A program made the position numbers and the translations under genes. The notes under the pieces are model-generated. The model was not told the DNA's origin, ran no database searches, and was given only the letters and a program-made list of their open reading frames with translations. Positions 51,768 through 64,000 of a stretch of DNA of 64,000 nucleotides are shown piece by piece. The stretch's first letter is position 1. Every line of letters begins with the position of its first letter. The DNA comes from Haliotis rubra (taxonomy: Eukaryota): NCBI RefSeq assembly GCF_003918875.1, contig NW_025766792.1, positions 620,001-684,000 of the forward strand. The letters run 5' to 3'.

Positions 51768-53857
51768 CTGATACCAACAAGTCTCACTAACTTTCATTCA
51801 GGAAGGAACTCTCCAGAGATACCTGTTCTGATACCAACAAGTCTCACTAACAGCCCTTGAGGAAGGAACTCTCCAGAGATACCTGTTCTGATACCAGAGA
51901 TACCTGTTCTGATACCAACAAGTCTCACTAACTGTCCTTGAGGAAGGAACCCTCCAGAGATACCTGTTCTGATACCAACAAGTCTCACTAACTGTCCTTG
52001 AGGAAGGAACCCTCCAGAGATACCTGTTCTGATACCAACATGTCTCACTAACTGCCCTTGAGGAAGGAACCCTCCAGAGATACCTGTTCTGATACCAACA
52101 TGTCTCACTAACTGTCCTTGAGGAAGGAACTCTCCAGAGATACCTGTTCTGATACCAACAAGTCTCAATAACTGCCCTTGAGGAAGGAACCCTCCAGAGA
52201 TACCTGTTCTGATACCAACAAGTCTCACTAACAGCCCTTGAGGAAGGAACTCTCCAGAGATACCTGTTCTGATACCAACAAGTCTCACTAACAGCCCTTG
52301 AGGAAGGAACTCTCCAGAGATACCTGTTCTGATACCAACAAGTCTCACTAACTGTCCTTGAGGAAGGAACCCTCCAGAGATACCTGTTCTGATACCAACA
52401 AGTCTCACTAACTGCCCTTGAGGAAGGAACCCTCTAGAGATACCTGTTCTGATACCAACAAGTCTCACTAACAGCCCTTGAGGAAGGAACTCTCCAGAGA
52501 TACCTGTTCTGATACCAACATGTCTCACTAACTGCCCTTGAGGAAGGAACCCTCCAGAGATACCTGTTCTGATACCAACATGTCTCACTAACTGTCCTTG
52601 AGGAAGGAACTCTCCAGAGATACCTGTTCTGATACCAACAAGTCTCACTAACTGCCCTTGAGGAAGGAACCCTCCAGAGATACCTGTTATGATACCAACA
52701 TGTCTCACTAACTGTCCTTGAGGAAGGAACTCTCCAGAGATACCTGTTCTGATACCAACAAGTCTCACTAACAGCCCTTGAGGAAGGAACCCTCCAGAGA
52801 TACCTGTTCTGATACCAACATGTCTCACTAACAGTCCTTGAGGAAGGAACTCTCCAGAGATACCTGTTCTGATACCAACAAGTCTCACTAACTGCCCTTG
52901 AGGAAGGAACCCTCCAGAGATACCTGTTCTGATACCAACATGTCTCACTAACTGTCCTTGAGGAAGGAACTCTCCAGAGATACCTGTTCTGATACCAACA
53001 AGTCTCACTAACTGCCCTTGAGGAAGGAACCCTCCAGAGATACCTGTTCTGATACCAACAAGTCTCACTAACAGCCCTTGAGGAAGGAACTCTCCAGAGA
53101 TACCTGTTCTGATACCAACAAGTCTCACTAACAGCCCTTGAGGAAGGAACCCTCCAGAGATACCTGTTCTGATACCAACAAGTCTCACTAACAGCCCTTG
53201 AGGAAGGAACTCTCCAGAGATACCTGTTCTGATACCAACAAGTCTCACTAACAGCCCTTGAGGAAGGAACCCTCCAGAGATACCTGTTCTGATACCAACA
53301 AGTCTCACTAACAGCCCTTGAGGAAGGAACTCTCCAGAGGTACCTGTTCTGATACCAACAAGTCTCACTAACAGCCCTTGAGGAAGGAACCCTCCAGAGA
53401 TACCAACAAATCCCACTAAAAGCTAGTGAGGAAGGAACTCTCCAGAGATACCAACAAGTCTCACTAACAGCCAGTGAGGAAGGAACCCTCCAGAGATACC
53501 AACAAGTCTCACTAACAGCCCTTGAGGAAGGAACTCTCCAGAGATACCTGTTCTGATACCAACAAGTCTCACTAACAGCCCTTGAGGAAGGAACTCTCCA
53601 GAGATACCTGTTCTGATACTAACAAGTCTCACTAACAGCCCTTGAGGAAGGAACCCTCCAGAGATACCTGTTCTGATACTAACAAGTCTCACTAACTGTC
53701 CTTGAGGAAGGAACTCTCCAGAGATACCTGTTCTGATACCAACATGTCTCACTAACAGCTAGTGAGGAAGGAACCCTCCAGAGATACCTGTTCTGATACC
53801 AACAAGTCCCACTAACAGCCCTTGAGGAAGGAACCCTCCAGAGATACCTGTTCTGAT
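51768..53857. repeat. 60-bp minisatellite, about 35 copies, overlapping an exon donor site
   Basis: Unit gagatacctgttctgataccaacaagtctcactaacWgYccttgaggaaggaacYctcca. Confidence 0.96.
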
Positions 53858-54026
53858 TCGGAGTCCGAGACCTCTGTGGGTGGGACGACGGTTGTCAGAA
53901 GGTTACGGGAGATCTCTCGCTGATAAGCTGCAAAGTCTTTAGGCTGCTCAGATGTGTCAGTGACGTCGTTTTCCTCCTCTACAGGAGCTTCATCCTCTTC
54001 TACAAGCTCCGATGATGACTTCCTGT
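53848..54026 (-). CDS. AFAP1-like: AFAP1-like exon (acidic linker)
   Basis: tcttacag|AC...GAA CAG|gtatct; 179 nt, phase 1-0. Open frame RKSSSELVEEDEAPVEEENDV...EVSDSESEQ; phases match both neighbours. Confidence 0.82.
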
Positions 54027-54417
54027 CTGTAAGACAAACATCAGAAGGTGTCAGAAGTTTTTTTCAGTTCATAAATAAGGAAGACACTGAGTTGCTTAAC
54101 TGAGATGTTTTCATGATCCATTATCCAAAGCAATGTTTATTGGGAAAAATATTTGCCACACCACTGATACAATAAACCATGTCAAACATATCAGCTTACG
54201 ATTCTTAATTTCTAATTGGTTAGGTTTTCAACAGTTCCAGTATTTACGATATATCCAATGATAAGAAATTGATTTTCCTGGATATCAATATTATTGGTTC
54301 TGTATTACATCTAGAACAATGTTGCTTTTTCATATCAAATTTTCTGGAGTGGTGATCACATGACTGACATGCGTTCGAAATGCACAACGAATCAGACAGG
54401 AATTCCTGCGTCAGTAA

Positions 54418-54771
54418 TAAGGCTGGGACGGGTAACCCCGATACCCAGGACGGGGCATAATGAGTTGGACCTGACTACACGTCTCAATACACGGACATGT
54501 TATGATCATGTGACTAATAGATTAAACAATTCAATATGTTATTCTTTCATGATTAAAAGTTTGTATTGTCTTTGAAGATTTAGACATTATTTCCTGTTTT
54601 GAATATAATAAATACATGATTAAGATATTGAAAAGGAATAATTAGCCACCGAGCTGAAGAATATATTGCCATTTCTTACAAATTTGATGTCAGCAATTAA
54701 CATATTGGGTATCCCGGGTAGGGTACGGTAAAAGGGGGTGGGGTAGAATATTTTGACCCATCCCAGCCCAA
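54418..54771. mobile_element. hAT-like MITE
   Basis: 8-bp TSD gtcagtaa at 54410-54417 and 54772-54779; TIRs taaggctgggacgggt / acccatcccagcccaa. Confidence 0.78.
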
Positions 54772-54899
54772 GTCAGTAACTCAGTCTATGGACTCTGTTT
54801 CCAGCAGATCACATCTCCAATGAGATTGCACCATACACTCCTGTTCGGATCTCAATATTGGTTCTCAACAAGCAGTTTACAACAATTCCTGAGACTTAC

Positions 54900-55040
54900 T
54901 AGGTCGTGGCGGGATGGAAGGTGGGAGTTTGAGAATATCAAGACGCTCGACGAAGTACTGGCGCTTCTCCTCCGCAGCTGACGAAAGATTTTCCCCGGCA
55001 AGAGTCTTCACCAGGAAGTCTTCAATGCCAGGCAAAAGTT
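54900..55040 (-). CDS. AFAP1-like: AFAP1-family adaptor, first detected coding exon (N-terminal helical domain plus PxxPxR)
   Basis: Boundaries ttttttcag|AA...CCT A|gtaagt; 141 nt, phase 1-1. ELLPGIEDFLVKTLAGENLSSAAEEKRQYFVERL resembles, from memory, the N-termini of SKAP2 (LLADVETFVADILKGENLSKKAKEKR) and AFAP1 ([21 protein letters not shown]). Confidence 0.88.
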
Positions 55041-55179
55041 CTGAAAAAAGGAAAAAGAAAATTAAGATTTGAAGATCATAGCAAAACATTTTTAATGACT
55101 AGTTAAACACTCTCCTAAAGTACAAACAGGCCTTGTATACCTTGACTCGGCAAGTCAAAGCTGTTTCTCAGCAGAACAA

Positions 55180-55317
55180 GGGGTGGTGGGGTAGCCTAGT
55201 GGTTAAAGCGTTCACTCGTTATGCTGAAGACGCAGGTTTGATTCCATTTCTGGTGTCCCCTGCCATGATATTGCTGGAATATTGCTAAAAGCAGTGTAAA
55301 ATTAAAACTTACTCACT
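55180..55317 (+). mobile_element. SINE family A, internal deletion
   Basis: Head and tail present; mid body missing. Confidence 0.8.
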
Positions 55318-55320
55318 TAT

Positions 55321-55530
55321 GTTGAAACCCTTAGCAATGGGTTGGGGGTGTTGAAACCCTTATCAATGGGCTGGGTCATTGAAACCCTTGGCAATGGGTT
55401 TAGGGCTTGAAACCCTTAGCAATGGGTTGGGGACATTGAAACCCTTAGCAATGGGTTAAGGGCTTGAAACCCTTAGCAATGGGCTGGGGTGTTGAAACCC
55501 TGTGCCAGTGGGTTGGGGATGTTGAAATCC
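55321..55530. repeat. ~28-bp minisatellite, about 7 copies
   Basis: Unit gttgaaacccttagcaatgggttgggg. Confidence 0.85.
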
Positions 55531-56095
55531 TGAGTTCCACCTGTACAATACTTCCACCTAAATCTATACTTGATAATATTCAGGACAGCGAACAAGGAAA
55601 CCTGATCTATGTGCATCCTCGTCTCAATAATTAACAGTATCTACGACAGCTTGCAGCATCTGCTACACCGTCTACTACCACACATTCCTGGCAACTCCAC
55701 AGCAGTTTACTGAGGTGACACAAATAGTCCCAGAAACAGATGTAAATATGGCACCCTCACTCAATAACAGAACCTTCAAGACTCACATGTCAATGAGCTG
55801 CGAAGGGATGAGTATAGGCGAAAACAGAATGATGTGATTATTTTATATAATATATATGTTCTATAAAAGAAACTCGCTGTTTAAAATGCAAGATACCAAT
55901 CTCACTGGCATGCAGTTTGTAGAAAGATATATATTCAAACATCTTTGTAAATTCATCAGATTAAATGCCACATTCTCTTCTAAAATGCCCTGGGTGTTTT
56001 TTCAATTTTGTTCTACTGAGCAGTGAGTCGTTCACTAAATAATATCACAGCAGTGACAGTAGTTAGAGAAACGTTTTAACTAGTCTTTATAGCAA

Positions 56096-56340
56096 GTGAG
56101 TGATTTTAGTTTTACGCCGCACTCAGCAATTTTCCTGCTATATGGCGGCGGTCTGTAAATAATCAAGTCTTGACCAGACAATCTAATGATCAACAGCATG
56201 GGCATCAATCTACGCAATTGGGAACCGATGACATGTGTCAACCAAGTCAGCGAGCCTGACCACCCGATCCCGTTAGTTGCCTCTTACGACAAGCATGGGT
56301 TAATGAAGATCAATATTCTAACCCGGATATTCACAGGTAC
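56096..56340 (-). mobile_element. Family B
   Basis: Full length; TSD ctWtatagcaag. Confidence 0.87.
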
Positions 56341-56748
56341 TATATAGCAAGCAGCAAAACCCTTAAAATTTGGTAAATTTCCACAGCTCTTGTGATACAT
56401 CAACTACAGTCTGGCACAGGACCAGCTTCCATGATTGTTTCAACATGGTGGCCTGTGTGTGAGACCAGTGGTCAGTAGCAGGAGCAACAGTCCACACCTT
56501 TTGGCTGTGATCACACACTGTGTCCTTGTCACGCAAACTTGGGGTGTTGCCATTTACTTAAATAATCAAAGACTGGTGGGAATTTGGCAATGCCATCCTT
56601 TCTCAAGTCTTCCACTATTCCCATCTAACATCATGATATATTCACTACTTATTGAAACAGGATCAGTACTTTCTATCATAATATAGTACTGAACTATTAT
56701 TTTTGTTTCTTTTTGTTTGGTTGATCTAGTTTTACTGAACATTAAAGA

Positions 56749-57228
56749 GAGTGAGTGAGTATGGGTTTACACCGCTTTTAGCAATATTCCAGCAACATCA
56801 TCGTAGGGGACACCATAAATGGGGACCGCCTCCGTGGTGTAGTGGTTAGAGCATCCGCCCGGAGAGCGGAAGGTCGCGGGTTCGATCCCCAACCGCGTCA
56901 TACCAAAAGACATTAAAATATGGTACTTGTTGGTCCATTAATGGGTACAACAAGGACCTCGGAGCGTATCATGTGTCTGGTATCTCATCTCAGTGGGCTA
57001 GCACTATAAAACCAGCTTCAGTCTGGGCTAGTACAAGCAGTCGCACATACACATACACACGCATGCACGTCGTCATATGAGCGAAATATTCTCAAGCACG
57101 ACGTTAAACCCAATTTCACCTCACCTCACCATATGTGGGCTTCACACATTCTACCCATGTGGGGAATCGAACCCAGGTCTTTGGCGTGAAGAGCGAATGC
57201 AAAAACCACTAGGCTACCCCACCGTCCC
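56749..57228 (-). mobile_element. SINE family A split by the V-SINE insertion
   Basis: Halves at 56749-56823 and 57127-57228 rejoin into the consensus. Confidence 0.85.
56824..57126 (+). mobile_element. V-SINE (family C) with internal deletions, nested in a family-A SINE
   Basis: Same head and tail as the other C copies; TSD caccataaatggg / caccatatgtggg derived from the host SINE. Confidence 0.85.
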
Positions 57229-57498
57229 TGAACATTAAGAACAGCATAATGACACGACAATGATTGTTACAGTTGATAGATCGTTTAAGGTGATTCAATC
57301 ATCAATCATGACTTTACAGCCAATCCAATCATCTTCAGCAGGGCTCAGATAAATGGAAGAATTACAAGAATTGCATGTCTTTACTAAAACATCACGGGTA
57401 AATGTTGCCATGGCAACCACATAATTCATCACATTGCATTCAGTTCCAGGATGACAGAGTTCATTCTCTCACGTTCAACAAAAACATGAAACTAAACT

Positions 57499-57730
57499 TG
57501 AGTGAGTGAGTGAGTTATTATTTAACGTCACGTCGGCAATATTTCAGCCATATCGTGACGAGAACATATGTGACATTGAAATGGAATAGATGTATGTTAT
57601 AAAAACCTGTCGAGGAAGGACAGTAAAACAACTAGAATATCACAATTACAACTAAAACTAGTGTGGAAAATTCAAACTCATCGCACTATTTGGACAATAC
57701 AATATAAAAACTGGCTATAGATCGCAAACA
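57499..57730 (-). mobile_element. Family D: 5'-truncated retroposon or LINE 3' UTR
   Basis: Aligns with about 43281-43510. Confidence 0.7.
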
Positions 57731-58222
57731 AAACTAAACTTGAACTGGAGTAGATGCTAATCCTCATTCAAATATACTATACTGCTTATCACATACATCG
57801 TCTGAACATATGTCAGCCTGTAAATAATTCAACAACACAGGTAACCAATAAACAACTCCAGATATCGGAAACTAGCGACAGTTTACAATCACGCATACAA
57901 GCCAGCGCCCTCCCCTTCAGCCTTCTTGTTGAATGTATTTAACTGATCCTTTGTCCGAATTGAGATCCTGGTGCAACACGTACCCATTGCACGAACGCAC
58001 GTATTGTTAGGCAACACACAGACATGTAAGCACATTAAAATGTCTTTACAAATGTTCCTCGCAGTTACCAAGTTAAACTTCATTTCCAGGTACTGTTGTG
58101 TGAGTGCTTGTCCACTTGTACAGATTATATATAGTTGATTTTTTTCTACTATATACAATATGCAGCAATTCCCTTCTAGGGATTGATTCAAAAGTGTCAT
58201 TATCACATCAGTCACTCCAAAA

Positions 58223-58300
<78 letters not shown>
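58223..58300. repeat. (GAT)n microsatellite
   Basis: About 26 units. Confidence 0.95.
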
Positions 58301-58302
<2 letters not shown>

Positions 58303-61029
58303 ATGATAAGAGGTTGGGTGATGGTATTGAGATGAGGATGAATTTCTAATAAATATTTAACCACAGTCTCATTGGAACATTTGACCCACTCCACTAACGA
58401 CAATGTCCGACAGGTCACCACACCGTTTGGCAAGCATGCAGCAAATATCCATTGTTTACAAAGCACTGAAAACAATAAACCTTACCAATGTAGCTGTTGA
58501 AAAATTAAACATAAATAATGGCATTTCATTTATCTGAAAATCAGTCCATCATAACAAGACTTGACACACCATCAGTCCATGAAGTTCGTCTTAATGAGTC
58601 CCGCGTGGCCAGCCGTTACCCGTACTAATTACATGTAATTACCAGTAAGCAGATCGAATCAACATCACACATGGCTAATTGCCATTGTTGTTATTCAAAT
58701 GTAACAAAACCTGTAAAGTCTTGAAATTTTTATGTGAGACCCATATAAAGATTTGAATTAACATTTCAAGAGTTTATAGGTTTTGACGATAAGGACTTTC
58801 AAAGATGTTTCTACAATCATAACAAACTTGATTTCATAAAAAATCTGATGGTTTTCAGTTTCGGCTCATTTTGATATTATTAGAGACATAGCCTCCATTG
58901 GAGGTAATTAATCTCACAAACATATAATTGACCCGTACAAACCACAAGCTGCCCTTTTATCTAACCGTGCCAATACATTTGAAACACTATTAATTAAAAG
59001 GTCATGTATATTTATATCTACAAGTGCTGCAGCTGGGACATATGTAATGTACCGTACTCGCTCTAATAGATGACCTGGATGTTTGGAAAATTAACAAAAA
59101 GGGACACTTATTTAATCCATACAGAAGTTAAACTTGTTTTTAGAGCTCGACTGCAGTGAAATTTTCTTTCTCAAATGTCAATGAAACTAGAACCTTTTCA
59201 GCTGATAAGATTATTCTGCATGTAGAGACTTGTAGGAGACTTTAAATACACAACATATTGAGGTAAACTTTGCTTAAATACACTGTCAAGTATGAACATG
59301 GCAAACAGGTAGTGTGTATGGATTGTACTAGTTAACACACACAGAAGTATTCCAGCGATATTAAGGGCATTTTGGAAATAATTAATTCTGGACCACACAA
59401 ACCCATGACTGATATCTTGAGCCACATCCAACAATACTGGGGTACATATACACGCTACCAACAAGGTCACTTGACCACCACATCCATTAAGTCACCTCTT
59501 ATAATGCACCAAAACAGATTTATGACAGACCTGCAAAGAATGCTAGGAAAATATTGTGACTATATACCTATATACATAACGAAGAATCACCTTGGGGAGT
59601 GTATGAGCTGCTCTGACACTAGTTCTGTGTCAGACATTTTGGAGCTCTTCTCATTTTGATTTTATGTACCAGTATCTGGAAATGCACGAAAACATCTCGC
59701 GATCATCTGTTTGTTTCCATGCTTGTGGACCAGTGTTAACATCACTGAGAAGAGCAGTTGTCAGACAGTAGTACATGGTCAAGGCTAGAAGTGTTATGAC
59801 TGGGTAACTAATCCTTCTAATCTCCTATCCTGTATGGCGGGTGATATATAAACACTGTACAGGAATAAATACAGCTATAGTCACACATTTCCTTTTAGAA
59901 ACATGTCTCTTTCTTTATACATTAAAACACATACAAATTTAAGTTAACAAATTTTTACTAATTTCATTTGAGAGACTAAATGTTAGTCCAGCTCTGAGTA
60001 AGCAGCTAGGTTTGACTATCTCAATTACTGTTAATGTCAGATAAATCTGGCAAGGCCTTGCTACAGCTGATAGACACACACTGTAACCCTTGGTATGACA
60101 CACTAACCACACCGGTCCACACACCGCTGTAGAGCACTGACCTCGATACTATCAGCTGACCTCTCCAGCTTAAGCCACAATACCTAGGTACTGTTATAAC
60201 ACAAACAGCTGATAACTGATTCTTATCCATGGTTAAAGCTGGGCGGCTATTGTGAAGACTGACTGATTGTATTTAGGAACGTGTGAGAGGGTAAGCTTTA
60301 CTGCACGGATCACACGAGGTAAAATAAATGTTTGTGGACTAAAGGGCCTTTAACACAGGTATGAGGCTGAAGGGGGAATGTGTCACAGACAACGCCCTGT
60401 CACTTTATTTTGAGGACTTCTTGTGTCATATTACGTCATATCAAGAAAAAAATACTGGAAAACTGAGATTGTACATAAAGGATGAGTGTGTATCCAGGTG
60501 TGTGTTTTGTGTTCTTGGTGGAAAAAAAATAAATATCGTGTTCATTCTAAAATCCTCATTATTTTTGTTTTAAAATGTAAAAAAAATCAACTTATGCCCT
60601 CATGACAGTCTCACTTTATTCAAAACAAAATATTGCGTCAATGTTGGATTTAAATGATCCTTGGTCATGTGATCAAAACTGATATTCTTTAAACTGTAAG
60701 AGATTTACACACACATTGCCCAATGAAATTCTCCAATTAGACAAGACACACTTCAGCGAGACTGTTTAAGATGGTCTGAAACCAACTGACCTTCACCTGA
60801 ATGCGGAAAGGTTCAGTGAGTGTCTGTAGGCGATGGAGAACATACATGATCTGACACAAAGAAGCGACCGTCATGGGTAGCTGAGATTTGTGATGGAGAA
60901 GGTAAACACAGATGCATTATTACCAAATCTGAGCACTTAAAAGAACGCATGAATCCGATGGTGTATGACCAGATGGAGGCCACATGAATATGTGCAAACA
61001 CCTAGTTGCGGGTACAGCAACGTGCAGTA

Positions 61030-61280
61030 AACTTGGACAAAGTACTAAGACTATGTGTCCCAGTCCACCCAGCTGTGAATGGGTACCTCGTTAGGATGAG
61101 AAAGCCACAATAACTCGGTGCGCCTAGTGGCAGCAAGAGTTGTATACTCCCCAGGGAGTTGAGATTGATAATACGATGTGCAGTTGAGGTTGACATCCAA
61201 TGATCGAGGGAAAACATACCAGCGCCTTGATCATGCACTTGTTGCGTGGATATGTGCACTATATAAATATCATACAATAA
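61030..61280 (+). mobile_element. SINE body with a conserved-domain-like core and L2-type tail
   Basis: gtccacccagctgtgaatgggtacc core; agcgccttga...gcactatataaat tail; a related degenerate copy lies at about 63724-63850. Confidence 0.55.
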
Positions 61281-61877
61281 AAAAAAATCAAGGCTTTCTC
61301 CACAACCATTGTTAAGCTGACTAGTGACTGGTCATCAACTGCTACACAATCACTGTACCATGATCTGGATCAGTGGACAGCAGACTGCTCTTATACTCCT
61401 CCAGTACAAACTGTGACCCAGGCTCTTGTTTTCTGTCAGACGTTTACAGTCAGCTTTTTATTTATTAACTAGGGAGAAAATTAATGCCTAAAAAACTTGT
61501 TTCTTGTTTGTTTGTTTACAGTGGCACTCAGCAATATGGCCGGTATAAACCAGACAATCCAGTGATTAACATCATGAGCATCAGGCTGCGCTATTGGCAC
61601 GTCATGACATGCAGTAAACCTGATGAAAAGCATGGGGAGAAAAAGAGCAGTTCTAACCAAGATCTATTATGTTATCAGTGTCAATGTAATGAAAATCTAG
61701 TGGCACCATATTAACCATTATGACGTCATGGCTTTGTAGGGATCAGCAGACAGGTACAGGTTATTAGAAGGCTGGGACTGGCTATCAGTTATAGAAGCTG
61801 GTGGTTTCCTTTATCAGTAAAGATTAGGACACATATTGAGACATTTAGCTCTGATTATTCAACCTGTTCAAGAAGCA

Positions 61878-62010
61878 ATGGGGTAGCAAAGTGGCTAAAG
61901 CGTTCGCTGGTCACACCAACAACCTGGATACAATTCCCACATGGGTACAATGTGTGAAGCCAATTTTGGTGATTCCCTTGGGATACTGCCACAATATTGT
62001 TGTTTATTGC
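61878..62010 (+). mobile_element. SINE family A, diverged
   Basis: Degenerate head plus cacatgggtacaatgtgtgaagcc. Confidence 0.65.
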
Positions 62011-63129
62011 TACACTNNNNNNNNNNNNNNNNNNNNNNNNNNNNNNNNNNNNNNNNNNNNNNNNNNNNNNNNNNNNNNNNNNNNNNNNNNNNNNNNNNNN
62101 NNNNNNNNNNNNNNNNNNNNNNNNNNNNNNNNNNNNNNNNNNNNNNNNNNNNNNNNNNNNAGGTAAAGGTAAGGTAAGGGTAAAGGTAAGGTAAAGGTAA
62201 GGTAAGGTAAAGGTAGGGTAGGGTAGGGTAGGGGGGNNNNNNNNNNNNNNNNNNNNNNNNNNNNNNNNNNNNNNNNNNNNNNNNNNNNNNNNNNNNNNNN
62301 NNNNNNNNNNNNNNNNNNNNNNNNNNNNNNNNNNNNNNNNNNNNNNNNNNNNNNNNNNNNNNNNNNNNNNNNNNNNNNNNNNNNNNNNNNNNNNNNNNNN
62401 NNNNNNNNNNNNNNNNNAGATTAGATAAGATAAGATCATTTCTTTATTATCCCAGGGGAAATTTGTTTTGCATCATATGCAGTTCTCCAGTTTTTTCTTT
62501 CCAGCTATATGGCAGGCAATTGTGTTAACACTCACTCACTCAACATGGCCACAAAATGCTAACACACGTTTTCATGGCTTCAACTGTGTCAAACCTTGAT
62601 AAAAAAATTCACCTCAAAACAAACTTAGTACCACAGAACACCAAGAGGACAAATGTTATGTTTTAATCCTTCACCTTGTACATGAAAACACATGACAATC
62701 CCAGCTGCGTGATCTGACATTAGATCGTCTGCCATTAGACCAAGATGGAGGCAGGATGCCTTGACATTTGGAATCCCACAAGAATTTCTGCAACTGCTAG
62801 CAGACATTTCCAGAAAAATTCTCCCCTGTGTGAGGAATCGTGACTGAAATCTGAGCTGAAGGGGGCTGCTGAAGTCGCCTATAGATAGAGTAAGTATTTT
62901 AGGAAAACCCAACAGATTATATTTTCACTAGGGATAAATATATCTATTCTTCCATATCATCAAGCATTAATCTTGAATGAAAACAAGAAATACGGAAACA
63001 CAGAGCGGTATTTTTAGCCTGACTTGATATTACAATGCTGCTGATAGTGACTTTGGCTTTGTTTGAGTGACAGACATGTAAACGAGTATTTCAGTCATAT
63101 CACGGCAAGATAGCTTGACGAGGGAAGAT

Positions 63130-63428
63130 TGGGTTGGTTGGTTGGGTTGTACTTTAACACCACACTCTGCAATATTCCACCTATATGGCGGTGGTCTGTA
63201 AATAATGGAGTCTGAACCAGACAATCCAGTGATCAACAGCATGAGCATCAATCTATGCAATTGGGATACGATGACATGTGTCAAGTCAGCGAGCCTGACC
63301 ACCTGATCCCATTAGTCGCTTCTTACGATAAGCATGGATTGTTAAAGACCAATTTGTAACCCGGATCTTCACGGATAGACAAACATGGGTTGCTGAAGAC
63401 CAATTTGTAACCCGTATCTTCCCAGGTC
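63130..63428 (-). mobile_element. Family B with tandemly duplicated 5' head and (AACC)n tail
   Basis: The roughly 50-bp head occurs twice, at about 63331-63376 and 63381-63428. Confidence 0.82.
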
Positions 63429-64000
63429 TGACGAGGAAAGAAGGCCTGAAGCGATGCAGGTTGAAACAATGAATTTCAGTGAAATCCAGGAGCACCGGCA
63501 TTGTGCTGATAAACCATGAAACATGATGGATTCGAACCCCTGATCACCCTGTTGGCAACATGACCCAATGAGCCCCTCATTGATGGAGAAATACATACGG
63601 GCTAGAAGTCTGCTGTTTGTTGCAAGAGGTGACACAAATTGGGCCTTGAGTCTTTCGATTACCTTGGTGTTGTCACAAAGTGAGGTGACTTCATGAAAAT
63701 GTATCTGGCTTGGTGGATATTACTGTGAATGGGTACCTCGTATCAATCACTGCGCCTAGTGGCACAAAACTGATTGATAATATAATTTATAGGCCTCCAT
63801 GAGCATTGATGCTATATAAATATCCTATAATAATAATAATAATAATAACAAAGAACCAAATAAAAAAAATAGTCCCCTCATGTTGCAACTGTTTTCTTCA
63901 AAGTAGACGGACAAGAAAAAACGATTCCTTACTTTCCTTTGTCAAGGTGTATGTTCAAATGAAAGATCTACTTCAGTTCATTTCCTGATGATATGTTTAA

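Noticed and set aside
51794-53416. 540-aa repetitive ORF (GIRTGISGEFLPQGLLVRLV)n
   Set aside because: It is a stop-free frame of a 60-bp intronic minisatellite, out of frame with the adjacent exon, and starts at GTG; the exon frame hits TAG in the first unit.
60021-60230. Possible ATG-containing first exon (MDKNQLSAV...)
   Set aside because: No convincing phase-1 donor to join the 55040 acceptor, and no homology.

Overview
This is animal genomic DNA from a draft assembly (five N gaps), probably a mollusc and possibly abalone-like, inferred from its SINE and Helitron-type repeats. One spliced gene on the minus strand spans most of the window: an AFAP1/AFAP1L-family adaptor. Ten phase-consistent GT-AG exons run from 55040 down to 1155. 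They encode an N-terminal helical domain resembling SKAP/AFAP, Tyr and PxxPxR motifs, the AFAP 'SYESYDE' motif, a complete PH domain and the lead-in to a probable second PH domain beyond the left edge. The start exon was not found. The introns hold at least four retroposon families sharing a 3' tail, three Tc1/mariner relics, hAT- and Mutator-type MITEs, a Helentron-type element, LINE 3' ends, several large minisatellites and a near-identical 2.9-kb tandem duplication that is probably an assembly artefact. The most interesting observations are: (1) a SINE-like family with no tRNA head, a precise 5' end and a predicted pseudoknot (candidate structured RNA or ribozyme); (2) two insertions with a shared TSD, ~36-nt tail, inverted-arm layout, one holding a tRNA-Leu-like core; (3) two minisatellites amplified from this gene's own splice sites; (4) an exon with two in-frame stops, one inside a segment that matches a nearby repeat. 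There is no CRISPR array, and the long ORFs in the track come from tandem repeats.
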